A stretch of DNA of 64,000 bases from Octopus vulgaris (Eukaryota), in NCBI GenBank assembly GCA_951406725.2, contig OX597833.1, positions 64,294,001 to 64,358,000 of the forward strand. The letters run 5' to 3'. Position numbers and translations under genes: made by a program. Shown here piece by piece: positions 30,928 to 44,068 of this stretch. The notes under the pieces were generated by a model, which did no database searches, was not told the origin of the DNA, and worked only from the letters and a program-made list of their open reading frames with translations. Every line of letters begins with the position of its first letter. The first letter of the stretch is position 1.

Positions 30928-31299
30928 CATATATATATATGTCGAACGATGAAAGTGAGTGCTCAAGTCTGCATTGGGGGATGTAATTTCTTTATTTATG
31001 AATTAAAGTTACCATTGTTTTCATGCTAAGAAAGTACGAAAGTATTCTAACATTTTAACAATTTTTCAAGCCGATCCCACGAAGAAAGCTGTTCGTTACC
31101 ATATATGTTACCTATGTCCCCACATGCGTACAATGTGTACAACGTACATATAGGTACACTGAACATATATGTATACTTGCAGAAAATAGAATGGAGAGTA
31201 GATGTCGATAGCATTTGAACTAACATTGGAATGCAATTCTGGGAGAGGAAACAATTCAAGCGATCCTTTCCTCAATACTTTGTTGTAAAGGTTGTTTAC

Positions 31300-31622
31300 A
31301 AAGTACTGTTACTGAATATCTCACGTTGTGAGATTTGAAAATAGTAATTTTCTAATTACATTATTATTTTATAGTAAAGATTATTTGACAACATAACATG
31401 GCAGTCCTAGTTTAGGACAAATGTTGCTGTAATTTAGCCCCTTGTTCGAAAATATAAGGACACAGATCGTGTTGTATATCCAACTGGAGACGATGTCTTC
31501 TGGGACTAAATTACACCAACATTCGTCCTAAACCAGGACTGCCATGTTATGTTGGCAAACAATCTTTATTACAAATACTGTTCCTGAATATCTCTCGTTG
31601 TGATATTTCAAAATAGTAATTC
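31300..31622 (-). mobile_element. Dispersed repeat family F copy with inverted duplication and flanking ~48-bp direct repeat
   Basis: 31440-31570 is the reverse complement of 34191-34322. 31374-31440 is inverted relative to 31503-31571. TACTGTTnCTGAATATCTCnCGTTGTGA...AAAATAGTAATT occurs on both flanks. Confidence 0.7.
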
Positions 31623-32128
31623 GTTATTTTACTTTTTCGAGTTGTTTAGGATCAAGAAAGCGTTCATTGTCAAGACACTCCATACATGATTACACCGAAT
31701 TCTCAGCCACAGTACGTTCTTTTATAAGTTCTTCCAATATTGGTAACATTATATTCGAGAGGTATTGGGCTAATATTTCAGACAATCTATCCATAAGTTT
31801 TCTGTGGTTTTTAGCCCAAGGTCAGTTCAAGTTAAAGAGACATACAATCAATGATGTTTCTAACCGTGACCGAACATTTCCTTTCCTCAGACATAGTTAC
31901 CGTCTCAGAATACTTTATCCAATATCATTTCACTTCTGTATCTTAGCAGGTCAAGCACATAAATTAAAGGTTCTTCTGTTTGGCGCGGAATATAATGGGG
32001 AAGAATCAAACGGGTCGATTCACTTGACTTCAGAGTACACACTTACACACACACACACATGCACACACACAAACATACATACAGATGGATAGATAGACAT
32101 AGACATAAATATATACTCATAAATATAC

Positions 32129-32191
<63 letters not shown>

Positions 32192-32213
32192 CATATATAC
32201 ATATACGTATATG

Positions 32214-32269
<56 letters not shown>

Positions 32270-32597
32270 TTCCGGTATTTATAATAAAAAACGGTGGCTA
32301 TTTTTTATATTAATATTCCACTTTTTTTTTCTTCTTCTCCTAAACAAAAGAAAGCAATATTGTGTTTCAGTACGATCATAATATTAGTTGAGGAGAAGAA
32401 CGAAGAATAAAAAAACAAAACAAAACAAAAAAAACAACAAAAGAAAACAAAAAACAAAACAAACAAAAACAAAAACAAGAAGTGGGGGAGAAGACAAACT
32501 TCGAATGAAATACAATAGAAATTTCGTCTGGTATCGATAATTCGATAAAGGTACTATAATTAGACTAATGGAATATGAAGAAAAAAAAAAATGAAAA

Positions 32598-32599
32598 TG

Positions 32600-32639
<40 letters not shown>

Positions 32640-32659
32640 TAATAATAATAATAATAATA

Positions 32660-32727
<68 letters not shown>

Positions 32728-32794
32728 TGTAATAATAATAATAATAATAATAGAAATAATAATAATAATAATAGAAATAATAATGATGATGCTG

Positions 32795-32867
<73 letters not shown>

Positions 32868-32876
32868 CAATAAAAA

Positions 32877-32935
<59 letters not shown>

Positions 32936-32937
32936 TG

Positions 32938-33022
<85 letters not shown>

Positions 33023-33035
33023 TTATAATAATACC

Positions 33036-33073
<38 letters not shown>

Positions 33074-33100
33074 CAATAACAAAAATAATAATGATAATAA
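32598..33100. repeat. Long (TAA)n microsatellite
   Basis: Directly visible. Confidence 0.95.
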
Positions 33101-33626
33101 TTGGTGTCTGCAATCAATAAATTAATCGGGTTTGCTTTGCAGTCTTTTTGATTTGTTTTCCCGTTTTATTTGTTAATTTTTCTGTTTTTTTTTTATTTGT
33201 GTGTGTTATTTGGTTTATCTGCATTGAATTGAATATATATCTCTTACTTGTTTTTCTCATTGGACTTTAGCCATGCTGTGGAACCGCCTTGAAGTGTTTA
33301 ACCGAAGCAATCTAACTCCATTTCTTATTTTTTTTCTTTTTCTAATCCTGTTTCTTACTATATCGATACTTTTTGCCCAGTTATATAGCTTTTGGAGACA
33401 GTGTACACCACAGGCACAAACACACAAGCAGACATACATATATGTAAAACAAACATATATCCCTACTCACACACGCACACACAGATACACACATACACTC
33501 ATATATAATTCAAATAATAAGAAGACAAAGAAATCCTTCAACACATCCTTAATGTTTCGTTACAATTGTTTCTCTACCAACTTTGCTTCCCACGCCAGTT
33601 CAGGCAAAAATTCGAATTGAGAATTT

Positions 33627-34168
33627 ACATTTAAGTGGCAAATATACTTCACGATGTCGTGCAGCTACTGTCTATTCCTCGCTCAGAGATTCATTATTGC
33701 TTGTTAACACTTTTTCGATATCAGTGACATTTCGTCACTGGTAAAAGGATATATATTTGCAAAGGGAGGCTTACTTTTCATCGACACCTCATGATTGTCA
33801 CACGATGATGACGGGTTAATACTCAGGAACTCGAGTCCGTGTGTATCATAGGTTGAAGGCCGGAAGGATAGCTTCCCTTTACAAATATTGATAGGGCACA
33901 GAAAGTGTGTCAATAGCCAGATGGAGGAGGTGTCCTCCTGGGGCTACAAGCTACAGCAGCATCTACACTTAGTGGGTAGCCACATTTAAGTGGCAAATAT
34001 ACTTCAGATTGTCGTGCAGCTTCTGTTTATACCTCGCTCAGAGATTTGTTATTGCTTGCTTACACTTTTTCGATATCAGTGACTCTTCGTCACTGGTAAA
34101 AGGATATATTTGCGAAGGGAGGCCTACTTTTCATCGACAACTCGTGATTGTCACACGCTGATGACGGT
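33627..34168 (+). mobile_element. Partial tandem direct repeat (~190 bp x2) ending at a hammerhead motif; Penelope pseudo-LTR-like
   Basis: 33627-33817 matches 33982-34168. The hammerhead is at 33799-33843. Confidence 0.7.
33799..33843 (+). ncRNA. Degenerate minimal type I hammerhead ribozyme
   Basis: Stem I CACACG/CGTGTG, core aTGATGA (CTGATGA in the duplicate at 34158), stem II CGGGT-taat-ACTCa, GGAA in place of GAAA, then C-TCGA-GTC with a palindromic loop and GUC cleavage triplet. Confidence 0.65.
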
Positions 34169-34190
34169 TTAGGGTTAGCAGAAATTACAG

Positions 34191-34335
34191 AGTAAAGATT
34201 ATTTGCGATCCTAAAATGGCAGTCCTGGTTTAGGACGAATGTTGCTGTAATTTGACCCCAGGAGACATCGTCTCCAGCTGGCTATACAACACGATCTGTG
34301 TCCTAGTATTTTCGAACAAGGGCATTTAGCACCCC
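34191..34335 (+). mobile_element. Dispersed repeat family F copy
   Basis: ATGGCAGTCCTGGTTTAGGACGAATGTTGCTGTAATT...GACATCGTCTCCAG...TTTTCGAACAAG is shared with the 31.4-31.6 kb copy. Confidence 0.7.
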
Positions 34336-34815
34336 ATCTTAAATCAAAACAATATCTGTGTATCACGATTTCCGGGTTATTTCCCTTCATCAACATAGAA
34401 TAATTGTTCGGCAAGAGGTGGCGCTGTAAAATTCCTGTTGGAAATTACTCTATTAAATATTCTAAGGATGGATTTATATGGAAGACAAGAATATATAATA
34501 AGCGTTAGGTTTTGACATTGACAGAAATTGGCGCTAGTAGTAGTCTGAATATTAAAACAGCTTCTCTTAATAGTTCTAAACATTAATTCTTTACTAAACA
34601 GCTACGGTCACAAATTACAAGCAAGGGGCAATTTAATTTATTGTATATACACCCTAGATGAACAAGGGGCGGATTCGGAAAAGCTCAGAGACGGCGGATT
34701 ATTACTATATATTCTCAGATTAATGGTGGGACAATAAAGAAAAATACCCTGATGAAGTAAGACATAAATCAAAGTTAAAACCAAAGTAATGATAATAATA
34801 ATAATAGTAGTAGTA

Positions 34816-34903
<88 letters not shown>

Positions 34904-34919
34904 TAATAATAATAATAAT

Positions 34920-35072
34920 TGGAATAACATCGAAAAATACGTTAGGAATGAGAACCCAGGTTCGAAATTTCCCCAAGACACCTGATGAAGGCTGGAGGGT
35001 ATATCAGCCGAAACGTTTTGTTAATACCAAACAAGATGAGGACAAATATCCCTCAATTGTAAATAATCTAAT
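34920..35072 (+). mobile_element. Short element adjoining (TAA)n and carrying a hammerhead motif (34977-35022)
   Basis: GACAC-CTGATGA-A-GGCTG-gagggtatat-CAGCC-GAAACGTT-tTGTT. Confidence 0.6.
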
Positions 35073-36200
35073 ATTCTTTCTTTATATATTTTAACTAACG
35101 GGGTTCTAAAGGTTTGGTTTCATTCTCCAAAGAATTTAAATGGTTATGTGATTCAAATTTAATTCTCAATCCAGTAACGTCTATAGCGTAATGTTCTTTA
35201 TGAGGCGGCATCCAGTAATATCTCCATAGTTACATATCTTATTCGAAATAGTACCTGAAGCAACATTTTCTTCGATTTCTGGCGTTAGGAGACGCAATTA
35301 TCGTAGTATTAGCTATAGCTATATAATAATGAGATATAATATTCACTGTATACATAAGATTTCAATTAGGAATTGTGTAATTAAATCCACATTACTTATT
35401 ACCTACCAAAATTTGGTTCTTAATATTAATTGCTGCTATATGATTGTCTTGAATTAGCTTAATGGTAGACGCAAATTTCACTGCATTGATGTTAGAGATT
35501 TCCCTCGAGCTACAAAAGATGTGATACTAATTTAATCACTTAAAAATTTTCGGAGGAACGGAGACTACATAAAATCTGAAGAAAACCCCAAAAAACATGT
35601 TGCTTTAATTCTATTGCTACTGAGCATTACTTGGACAGAAACTGTCATAGTTCTTCTACAGTCAAAGTAGGCGTTACCATTATGATCCCAAAACAGCTCT
35701 TCATTTGCATATTTAGTGACTAAATCTTCTTGATTGAGGCCCACCATATTAGTCATTCAGTTTCGGATTAGAACTTCCAGGATTTTTTAATCGGTTTATG
35801 TAATCTATTGGAGTATAATTCTACTCATCATCCAATATAAAAAATTTTTCCGTTAGCCTGTGTTGATTTCAAATAAGCTATTATTTAGTTCAGATTTATG
35901 TAAGGGTTTCAAACTGTTTCTATTCATATTTCAGATGTTGTAATACAAATTCCCTAGACTGGCCGTATTACGACGTCTATCGATATGAGAGTTCAAACCA
36001 TAGGCCTGAAGCTATTTCAAATCATTATTGACAAGGATTTACACAGTAATCTTGGTTTAACCGCCCTTGCGTTGTAGTTGTCCAACTTTTCAATGAAAAG
36101 TTCATAAACGGTAAAGTTTCGATATTCTAGTTCTATTCCTTACTGACCAATTTCATGAATGCTTTCGGCGATTGAAATTTTGATTAACGTATTATAGATT

Positions 36201-36483
36201 TAAGGCGGCGAGCTGGCAGAAACGTTAGCACGCCGGGCGAAGTGCTTCGCGGTATTTCGCCCGTCGCTACGTTCTGAGTTCAAATTCCGCCGAGGACGAC
36301 TTCGCCTTTCATCCTATAGGGGTCGATAAACTAAGTACCAGTTACGCTAAACACAGAGAGGACAAACAAGGACAGACAAACGGATTAAGTCGATTATATC
36401 GACCCCAGTTAGTAACTGGTACTTATTTAATCGACCCCAAAATTATGAAAGGCAAAGTCGACCTCGGCCAGCTCGCCGCCTTA
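36201..36483. mobile_element. Palindromic fusion of two oppositely oriented SINE A copies
   Basis: Begins TAAGGCGGCGAGCTGG and ends CCAGCTCGCCGCCTTA. The strand switch is at about 36346. Confidence 0.85.
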
Positions 36484-37698
36484 TTCTTGGGATTCATTGT
36501 CAGCGAAAGGCTTTAGTGCTACTAAAAATAAATCTGAGACGATTACGTTTGCTCAGCTCAGGCTCTTCTTGGAGCAGGGATTCATTGCACCCGAAACAGC
36601 TGTAGTTGCAGTCCTGCTAGTAACCATTGAACTCTACTGTTGCTGCTGCTGTTACAACCCACATGTTCTATTGCTTTTCCTTTTCTACTAAGTGCCAGAC
36701 CCCAACTTTATGTGACTTATATTAACACACATTGCTAATGGGTTTCTCCGTCTTGTAACATGTCTGCTTAACATGACTTCTACTCGTTAAATGTTCATCA
36801 CGTGTCGTCACGATTTGGAATACAATAGAAACCCTCTTCGAGGAAACGCATCATCTGCGTGTTCTCCACATACCAGAATTGTTACGCAAATCTACCACCA
36901 AGCCAAGAGTTAACCATCTAAGTATCTCTTGCCGCGAACCTTGTAATTCTGAGTCTCATGTTTTGCAGCTCCAGTCTGTCTCATGATACAGAACGCCATA
37001 GTTCACACATATCCTTGGTTGAATCTGACTCTTAAACTCCTAAAGCACCCATCTAGACTCTGTTCTGGTTGAGATGATACACAACGGAAACTCATTAGTT
37101 AAAGCTTCCTACAACAAAATTTTGACGTCACATGGATTTTACCGCCAATTTTATTTGAAAGAAAAAAAGTAAAACAAACAGTTACGTTACCTTCCTTTAA
37201 ACACGTTCCATTTTTAAAGACGTCATGTAGGGAGGTACTGGCTTCTGGCACGTCTGGCGTAACTTAACCACAGCTTCACTTTTTTCTTCTGCAGACTCAA
37301 GCCAAGCTTCTCCGTCTTAACCCACAGCGTTACTAATTGGCGGAATGTTGTTATTGATGGTTACGTTGTCGTTGTTTTCGCATTACATTTTCCATACAAA
37401 AGAATGATTCTAACATATTTTTGTGACTTTCATTACACAATTATAAACATATAAAACAGACGTTTATTTCATGTATTTATGTTTTTATAGAGTGCATAAA
37501 AATTTCGCTTTCTTCTGTTGCTTTTGTAAATTTTTTTTTACTTTGGCTGATTCAAAGTAGGTTGGAGTAGTGTTTATTTATTCAACTGAAACCATCGTTT
37601 TCCATCACCGTGGCCATCTTGCAATTCATGTAAATATAGCGAATGGTTATTTGTCAATATACATACATACATAAATACATACACACATACTTACATAT

Positions 37699-37820
<122 letters not shown>

Positions 37821-38114
37821 GGGAAGGTGGAAGTTAGAATTGTCTAAAGAACAAACATTTATTTTATTGTTGGTAATGGGATGGAACCTCAAACAAGCAG
37901 AAAACAGTCTGCAAATAAAAATTGGAACCAAGTGAAAAGGAATGGAAAAAAACAAAAAAAAAACAAACAAAAACAAACAAAAACAACAACAAAAGAAAGT
38001 AACTTTGTTTTTCATACGTTAATCCGGTTAAAACTTCTCTCGGAACTCTGGCATACACGTTTGTTCGTTACCTAAAAACAACAACAACATCAACGTCAAA
38101 AACAAACGCCGATA

Positions 38115-38155
38115 GTGATAATAATAACAATAACAACAACAATAATAATAATGAT

Positions 38156-38202
<47 letters not shown>

Positions 38203-38215
38203 CAACAGCAACAAC

Positions 38216-38247
<32 letters not shown>

Positions 38248-38278
38248 CAACACAACAACAATAATAATAATAATAATG

Positions 38279-38309
<31 letters not shown>

Positions 38310-38321
38310 TAATAATAATAA

Positions 38322-38363
<42 letters not shown>

Positions 38364-38437
38364 TAATAATAATGATAATATTAATGATAATAATAATAAT
38401 AATAATAATAATATTAATAATAATAATAATAATAATG

Positions 38438-38474
<37 letters not shown>

Positions 38475-38485
38475 TAATGATGATG

Positions 38486-38519
<34 letters not shown>

Positions 38520-38605
38520 TAATAATAATGATAATAATAATAATGATAATAATAATAATAATAATAATAACAATAATAACAATAATAACAATAATAATAA
38601 TAACG

Positions 38606-38639
<34 letters not shown>

Positions 38640-38653
38640 TAATAATAATAATG

Positions 38654-38687
<34 letters not shown>

Positions 38688-38719
38688 TAATAACAATAAT
38701 AACAATAATAATAATAACG

Positions 38720-38768
<49 letters not shown>

Positions 38769-39177
38769 TAATAATATCCCCCAATATTTCCTTGTTGAAT
38801 CTCATTCGTGTTATCTTCGAAGAAATAAGAATTGGGTTTACCTTCTTAATGTCCTGTTTGTTCTTGCAGTTGTCTGCTTGTTGTCGTTATTGTTGTTGTT
38901 GTTGTTGTTGCTATTTGCTCTTCTTGATAATATTGTTGTTGTCGTTGTTGGTGTTGCTGTTGTTGTTTAGATACGTAAGCTCCATTAATGAAATAGCTAA
39001 AACAGACTGCACTCTAAAGTATTATTGTTTTTTAGCGTTTTTGTTTTACTGCTATTTTTTTGTTTGTATTTTTTTGTATTTTTCCCGGTTTTTGCTTGCT
39101 TTATTTATTTATTATTTTTGTTTTTGCATTTTGTTTTCGTTTAGCAAGTGATAACAAGATAGACAAATAATAATAAT

Positions 39178-39224
<47 letters not shown>

Positions 39225-39241
39225 TGATGATGATGAAGATG

Positions 39242-39284
<43 letters not shown>

Positions 39285-39298
39285 TGATGATGAAGATG

Positions 39299-39341
<43 letters not shown>

Positions 39342-39390
39342 CAACAACAACAACAACAATAACAACAACAATAATAATAATAATAATAAC

Positions 39391-39461
<71 letters not shown>

Positions 39462-39525
39462 TAATAATAATAATAATAATAATGATAATAATAATAACGA
39501 TGACGGTGTTGACGATGATGATGAT
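38115..39525. repeat. (TAA)n/(CAA)n/(GAT)n microsatellite blocks
   Basis: Directly visible. Confidence 0.9.
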
Positions 39526-39983
39526 GAGGTTGATGCTGATTTTCAGAAACTGCTCTATCAAGGAATTAGGTTTCATTCTCTTATCTCGAAAAGTAAGAAG
39601 AAAAGCGGAATAATTATATTAGTTTTTTTTTGTTTCTTTTTCTTTTTCTTTTTCTTTCTGTTTATCTTTCCTTTTGTTTATTCCAGTTGCTCAAAACAAA
39701 AACCAAAAAAAAGACAAAAAAATGAAAAGAAAAAGAAAACAGGAACCAAAAGAAAAAGAAGAAGAAAAACCAGGTATGAAGACGTGAAGAATGGCTATGA
39801 AATTCTCCGCTAGGAATATTTGAAACTAAATTTGAAGACGAATGGTTCCGACTAATTATGAAAATCGAGTCATTGAAAAGAATTATTCTACTCCAAGTAT
39901 TTAATTTACTTCTGCTAAAATTCTACGTGCTGTCTGCAGCTAAACAAGTAATAATTACAATAATGGGGTAGTTTGTTACTGGG

Positions 39984-40014
<31 letters not shown>

Positions 40015-40085
40015 GACGGGGGGAAAAGTAAATGAACTGAGGAAACAGGTTGAGAGAGAGAGAGAAAGAGAGAGAGAGGAACAGG

Positions 40086-40139
<54 letters not shown>

Positions 40140-40269
40140 TAGCTATTGTTGCACAGACGCAAAGATGGAAAGGAGTAGAAGATAGGAAAAAAAAATTGAG
40201 ACAGAGAGATGGAGGGAAGTATGTATGTAGGAAGGGTTTAGAGCGTAGGCGAGACACACATACACATAT

Positions 40270-40279
40270 GCATGTATAC

Positions 40280-40312
<33 letters not shown>

Positions 40313-40330
40313 TATGTATACATATATGTA

Positions 40331-40381
<51 letters not shown>

Positions 40382-40462
40382 GTATATACATGTATATATA
40401 TATGTATATATATATATGTATACATATATGTATATATATATATATGTATATGTATATACATG

Positions 40463-40507
<45 letters not shown>

Positions 40508-40554
40508 GTATATATATATGTATATATATATATATGTATATATATATGTATATA

Positions 40555-40633
<79 letters not shown>

Positions 40634-40640
40634 ATATGTA
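40270..40640. repeat. (TA)n/(TATG)n microsatellite
   Basis: Directly visible. Confidence 0.95.
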
Positions 40641-41299
40641 CAGAGACAAATGATAGAGACATAATCTAGTAAATAGAGAGAGTGACAGAGAGTGAGAAAG
40701 AGGGAAATTGATAACAGTACAGAGAGAGAAAGAGAGAGCGCGGGAAAGCGGATGGAGCGAACGGGTGGTGCGGAGTTAGATTGTGCTATGAAACCAGCGG
40801 TATCTCGAATATTTCACGTCAATAATATGCTTTATTAATGGATAAGAGTGTTCAGTCACCAAATCTAAGTTGCAACGTTGCAATTACCAAAGTCCGCCGA
40901 CGGAGGAGGAGATTTTTTTCCAGGTCAACTTAATTGCTACAAATTATCAGGCTACATAATACATGGTATCGCATTTGCTGAAAAATAATCACTCTGAAGC
41001 CGCGTAGTGTTTTTGATTCAGCTGTGCTTGGACAATACCTTGGTTCAAAGACACTGCGCGGAATCTTGTGTAAGTGCCTTTTCCGATCATCACGGACCCA
41101 GCAATTCTTTTGTGAATTTGCGTTTTATGTTGAAAGCCATTCGATTCAGGTTGATGCATCGTTCTGATGGTAAGGCATTCATTATTGGGTTTAACATCGG
41201 ATAATGGATGTCTACGATCTATGGATGACAAAAGCGAACCCTGAGCGTTCTTATTCAATTTTTCAAACATATATATGTATATATGTATGTATGTATGTA

Positions 41300-41447
41300 C
41301 GTCACTTAACGGTTCGGCAAAAGAGACCGACAGAATAAGTACTGGGCTTACAAAGAATAAGTCCCAGGGTCGATTTGCTCGACTAAAAGGTGGTGCTCCA
41401 GCATGGCCGCAGTCAAATGACTGAAACAAGTAAAAAAAAAAAAAAAA
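41300..41447 (+). mobile_element. SINE family B 3' half
   Basis: GGCAAAAGAGACCGACAGAATAAGTACTGGGCTTACAAAGAATAAGTCC...CAGTCAAATGACTGAAACAAGTAAAA. Confidence 0.85.
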
Positions 41448-41460
41448 AATGTGTATATAT

Positions 41461-41648
41461 AGGGAGAGTTTACGAAAAAACAAAAGACGACGACAGGTGG
41501 TGTACAAAACAAACAGATGTATTAGTATAACGCTCGGGAATTGAAAAAGTCTTTTACGTTTCGAGCCTACGCTCTTCAACAGAAAGGGACACAGAAAAAA
41601 CAAGGAGCGAAAAAATGTGTGTAGTGGCTAACGATCTATCATGGCGTC
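41461..41648 (-). mobile_element. Short repeat family H1 copy with hammerhead-like motif
   Basis: The reverse complement contains CTTT-CTGTTGA-A-GAGC-gtag-GCTC-GAAACGTA-AAAG (41551-41586). Confidence 0.7.
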
Positions 41649-42387
41649 TATGTATATATATATATAATTTCCTTCTATGTATATATATATATATATATAT
41701 ATACATATATATACATATACATACATTCTTTTATTTGTTTCACTCATTTGACAGCTGCCATGCTGGAGCACCGCCTTAACTCGAGCAAATCGACTCTGGT
41801 GCTGAGTGCCTTTTTCTTCTGTTTTTTTTAACCTTTTGTTATTTGGTTTCTTCGATCCAGCATCAACGAATGTAAGCATACAAATAACGACCCTACCAAA
41901 TTTTGGATTAAATACTCGACAACAGTCTCCAGCAGCCATTGTCATCTAACTGTCACGTGGCACAATCTAAGCTTCAGCTGACCAATGGAGGGCAAGGGCG
42001 TGTAGTTTTGGCCCGCGCCCTCTCTAGACTTACGTCCCAAATAATAAACTTCATAACAGATCAAATATGATTGAGACATGTTATATTTTGTAAAGAGTAA
42101 ATGTTGTTTGACTGCAGTTAAGTGTGGAGAAAAATTTCTCGCTTTACGTTAAATGTTTTAAGAAAAAACAATCTAACAATATGTGAATATATGCATAAAT
42201 ACACAGGCAGACATAATTTTTACTGACGAACCCAATCGCTTCAGAAATGACCATCCAGCATATTCGTCTGCTGCTGATACATATGTATGTGTGTCCATAA
42301 GAGATATTATCTCCAGACAAATAATACAGTTAATTTACATTTTTCAGCGGGACATACCTACATTAAGTATGTTACCTAGATGGTTTT

Positions 42388-42467
<80 letters not shown>

Positions 42468-42675
42468 AATAAATGGAGTTGAACGAAGATGTTACTTTAC
42501 TTTCGACATATGTTTCGAAGACAACATGGTTTTATTCCAAAGGAAAGAAACCAGGAGTTTCTACCTCTGGATAGGTCGCTTCAACCGTGTTTCTGTCGTG
42601 AATTTGCTACCCTGGTATCGGTTCATCGAATTTCCCATGTTGACGGTAAACATAGGATAATTCATTCACCCATCG

Positions 42676-42707
<32 letters not shown>

Positions 42708-43307
42708 GCATGCATACACACACACTGAAACACACACACACGCGCGCGCGCGCGCACACACACACACACACACATATATATATACATATATATATATCGA
42801 CCATTTTTCTTTCTTCTAACTTGTGTCTCATTCTTTCTTCTTGTTGCAGCTGGACAAGGAAGACGTATTCTTCTCTGTCTCCTGTCTAGACTTGTCACTT
42901 CGTGTTCGCCATCACTCGCTCGTTTAGGCTTAGCAGCCCTTCCTGTTTGTTTTCATTGTCCTGATTTTGTCACCAATTTTGACCCTCTCGCAAAATACCA
43001 AAATTTATTTCATTTGCTTTGCGGGAGCAATTGTTTTATCGAAGGCGTATCTTGTCGGGAATTGCTCGAAATACGGATAATAAAAACAGCCGGCAACTGA
43101 TGAAGGGTCGTCCTTTCTGTAGCTTGTCTTGTTTTCCATTTGTTTCTTTCATTGTTCGCAAAAAGAGTTCATATTCCATGTCCTCGTACTTCGTATCTTT
43201 TGTTGCTTGCGTTTTGTGACGTCCTGTTCCCACATATGCATATATGTATACGTATTCATGTAAGTATGTACGTATACGTATGTAGATATGCATACATAAA
43301 TATATAT

Positions 43308-43382
<75 letters not shown>

Positions 43383-44068
43383 CGTATATGTATGTATAAC
43401 GTTTGTTCTGTATATATATATATTTGTATTTATGTGCCAATCTGATATATTCAACTGATGAAGGCAGAGCTTATTTAAAGCAAAGCTAGAAATCCAGGAT
43501 ATTGAATTATTCAGTAATATCTTATTGCTAGTCTATTTTGTCCCTCTGTCTTATCTGATGGTGCGATATGAACATTTAAGGTGGTTCTTAGAGTCAGGGA
43601 TTTGGCTGCTATTTCGGCATGGTGGTGTCTCTCAGACACCCTTATTTTTAGTTGTAAAAAAAAATTATTACCTTTGTATGGTATTTATTCCTATGCTGGC
43701 CACTTGATAATACCGATATTTAAATATCGATATTATCCTTATTTATAAATTTATATATATAAACATTGGGCCGGGTGTATAAAAGAATTTGGGTTTTTAC
43801 ACCTGTCATTCTATCTTTCCATCTCTCGACTTTCCGGTTCCAGTCTGATAGGAGATTTGCCATAGCGTTACTTATACACGCGCCTTTTCTTGTCCCCTAG
43901 CTCTATGGCCTTTATTTTGTTTGTATATTCACATTTGTGTCGTGTTTCTTTTCTTCTGTCCTCAACGTTCCCTCATTATTACCAGCAACTGTTCGCAGTT
44001 GACGCTACCGGAAACGGGTCAATATCATCGCTAAAGGCTTGAAATTGCAATGTATGTATGTATGTATG

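Noticed and set aside
34168-34178. TTTAGGGTTAG telomere-like motif at the end of the tandem repeat
   Set aside because: Fewer than two full units, which is compatible with chance.
35565-35756. ORF with LFWDHNG resembling the mariner catalytic region
   Set aside because: The similarity is too weak and no TIRs were identified.
43090-43500. CAACTGATGAAGG occurring twice in TA-flanked short elements
   Set aside because: I could not build convincing stems with a downstream GAAA/NUH. These may be degraded pLTRs but the call is unsupported.
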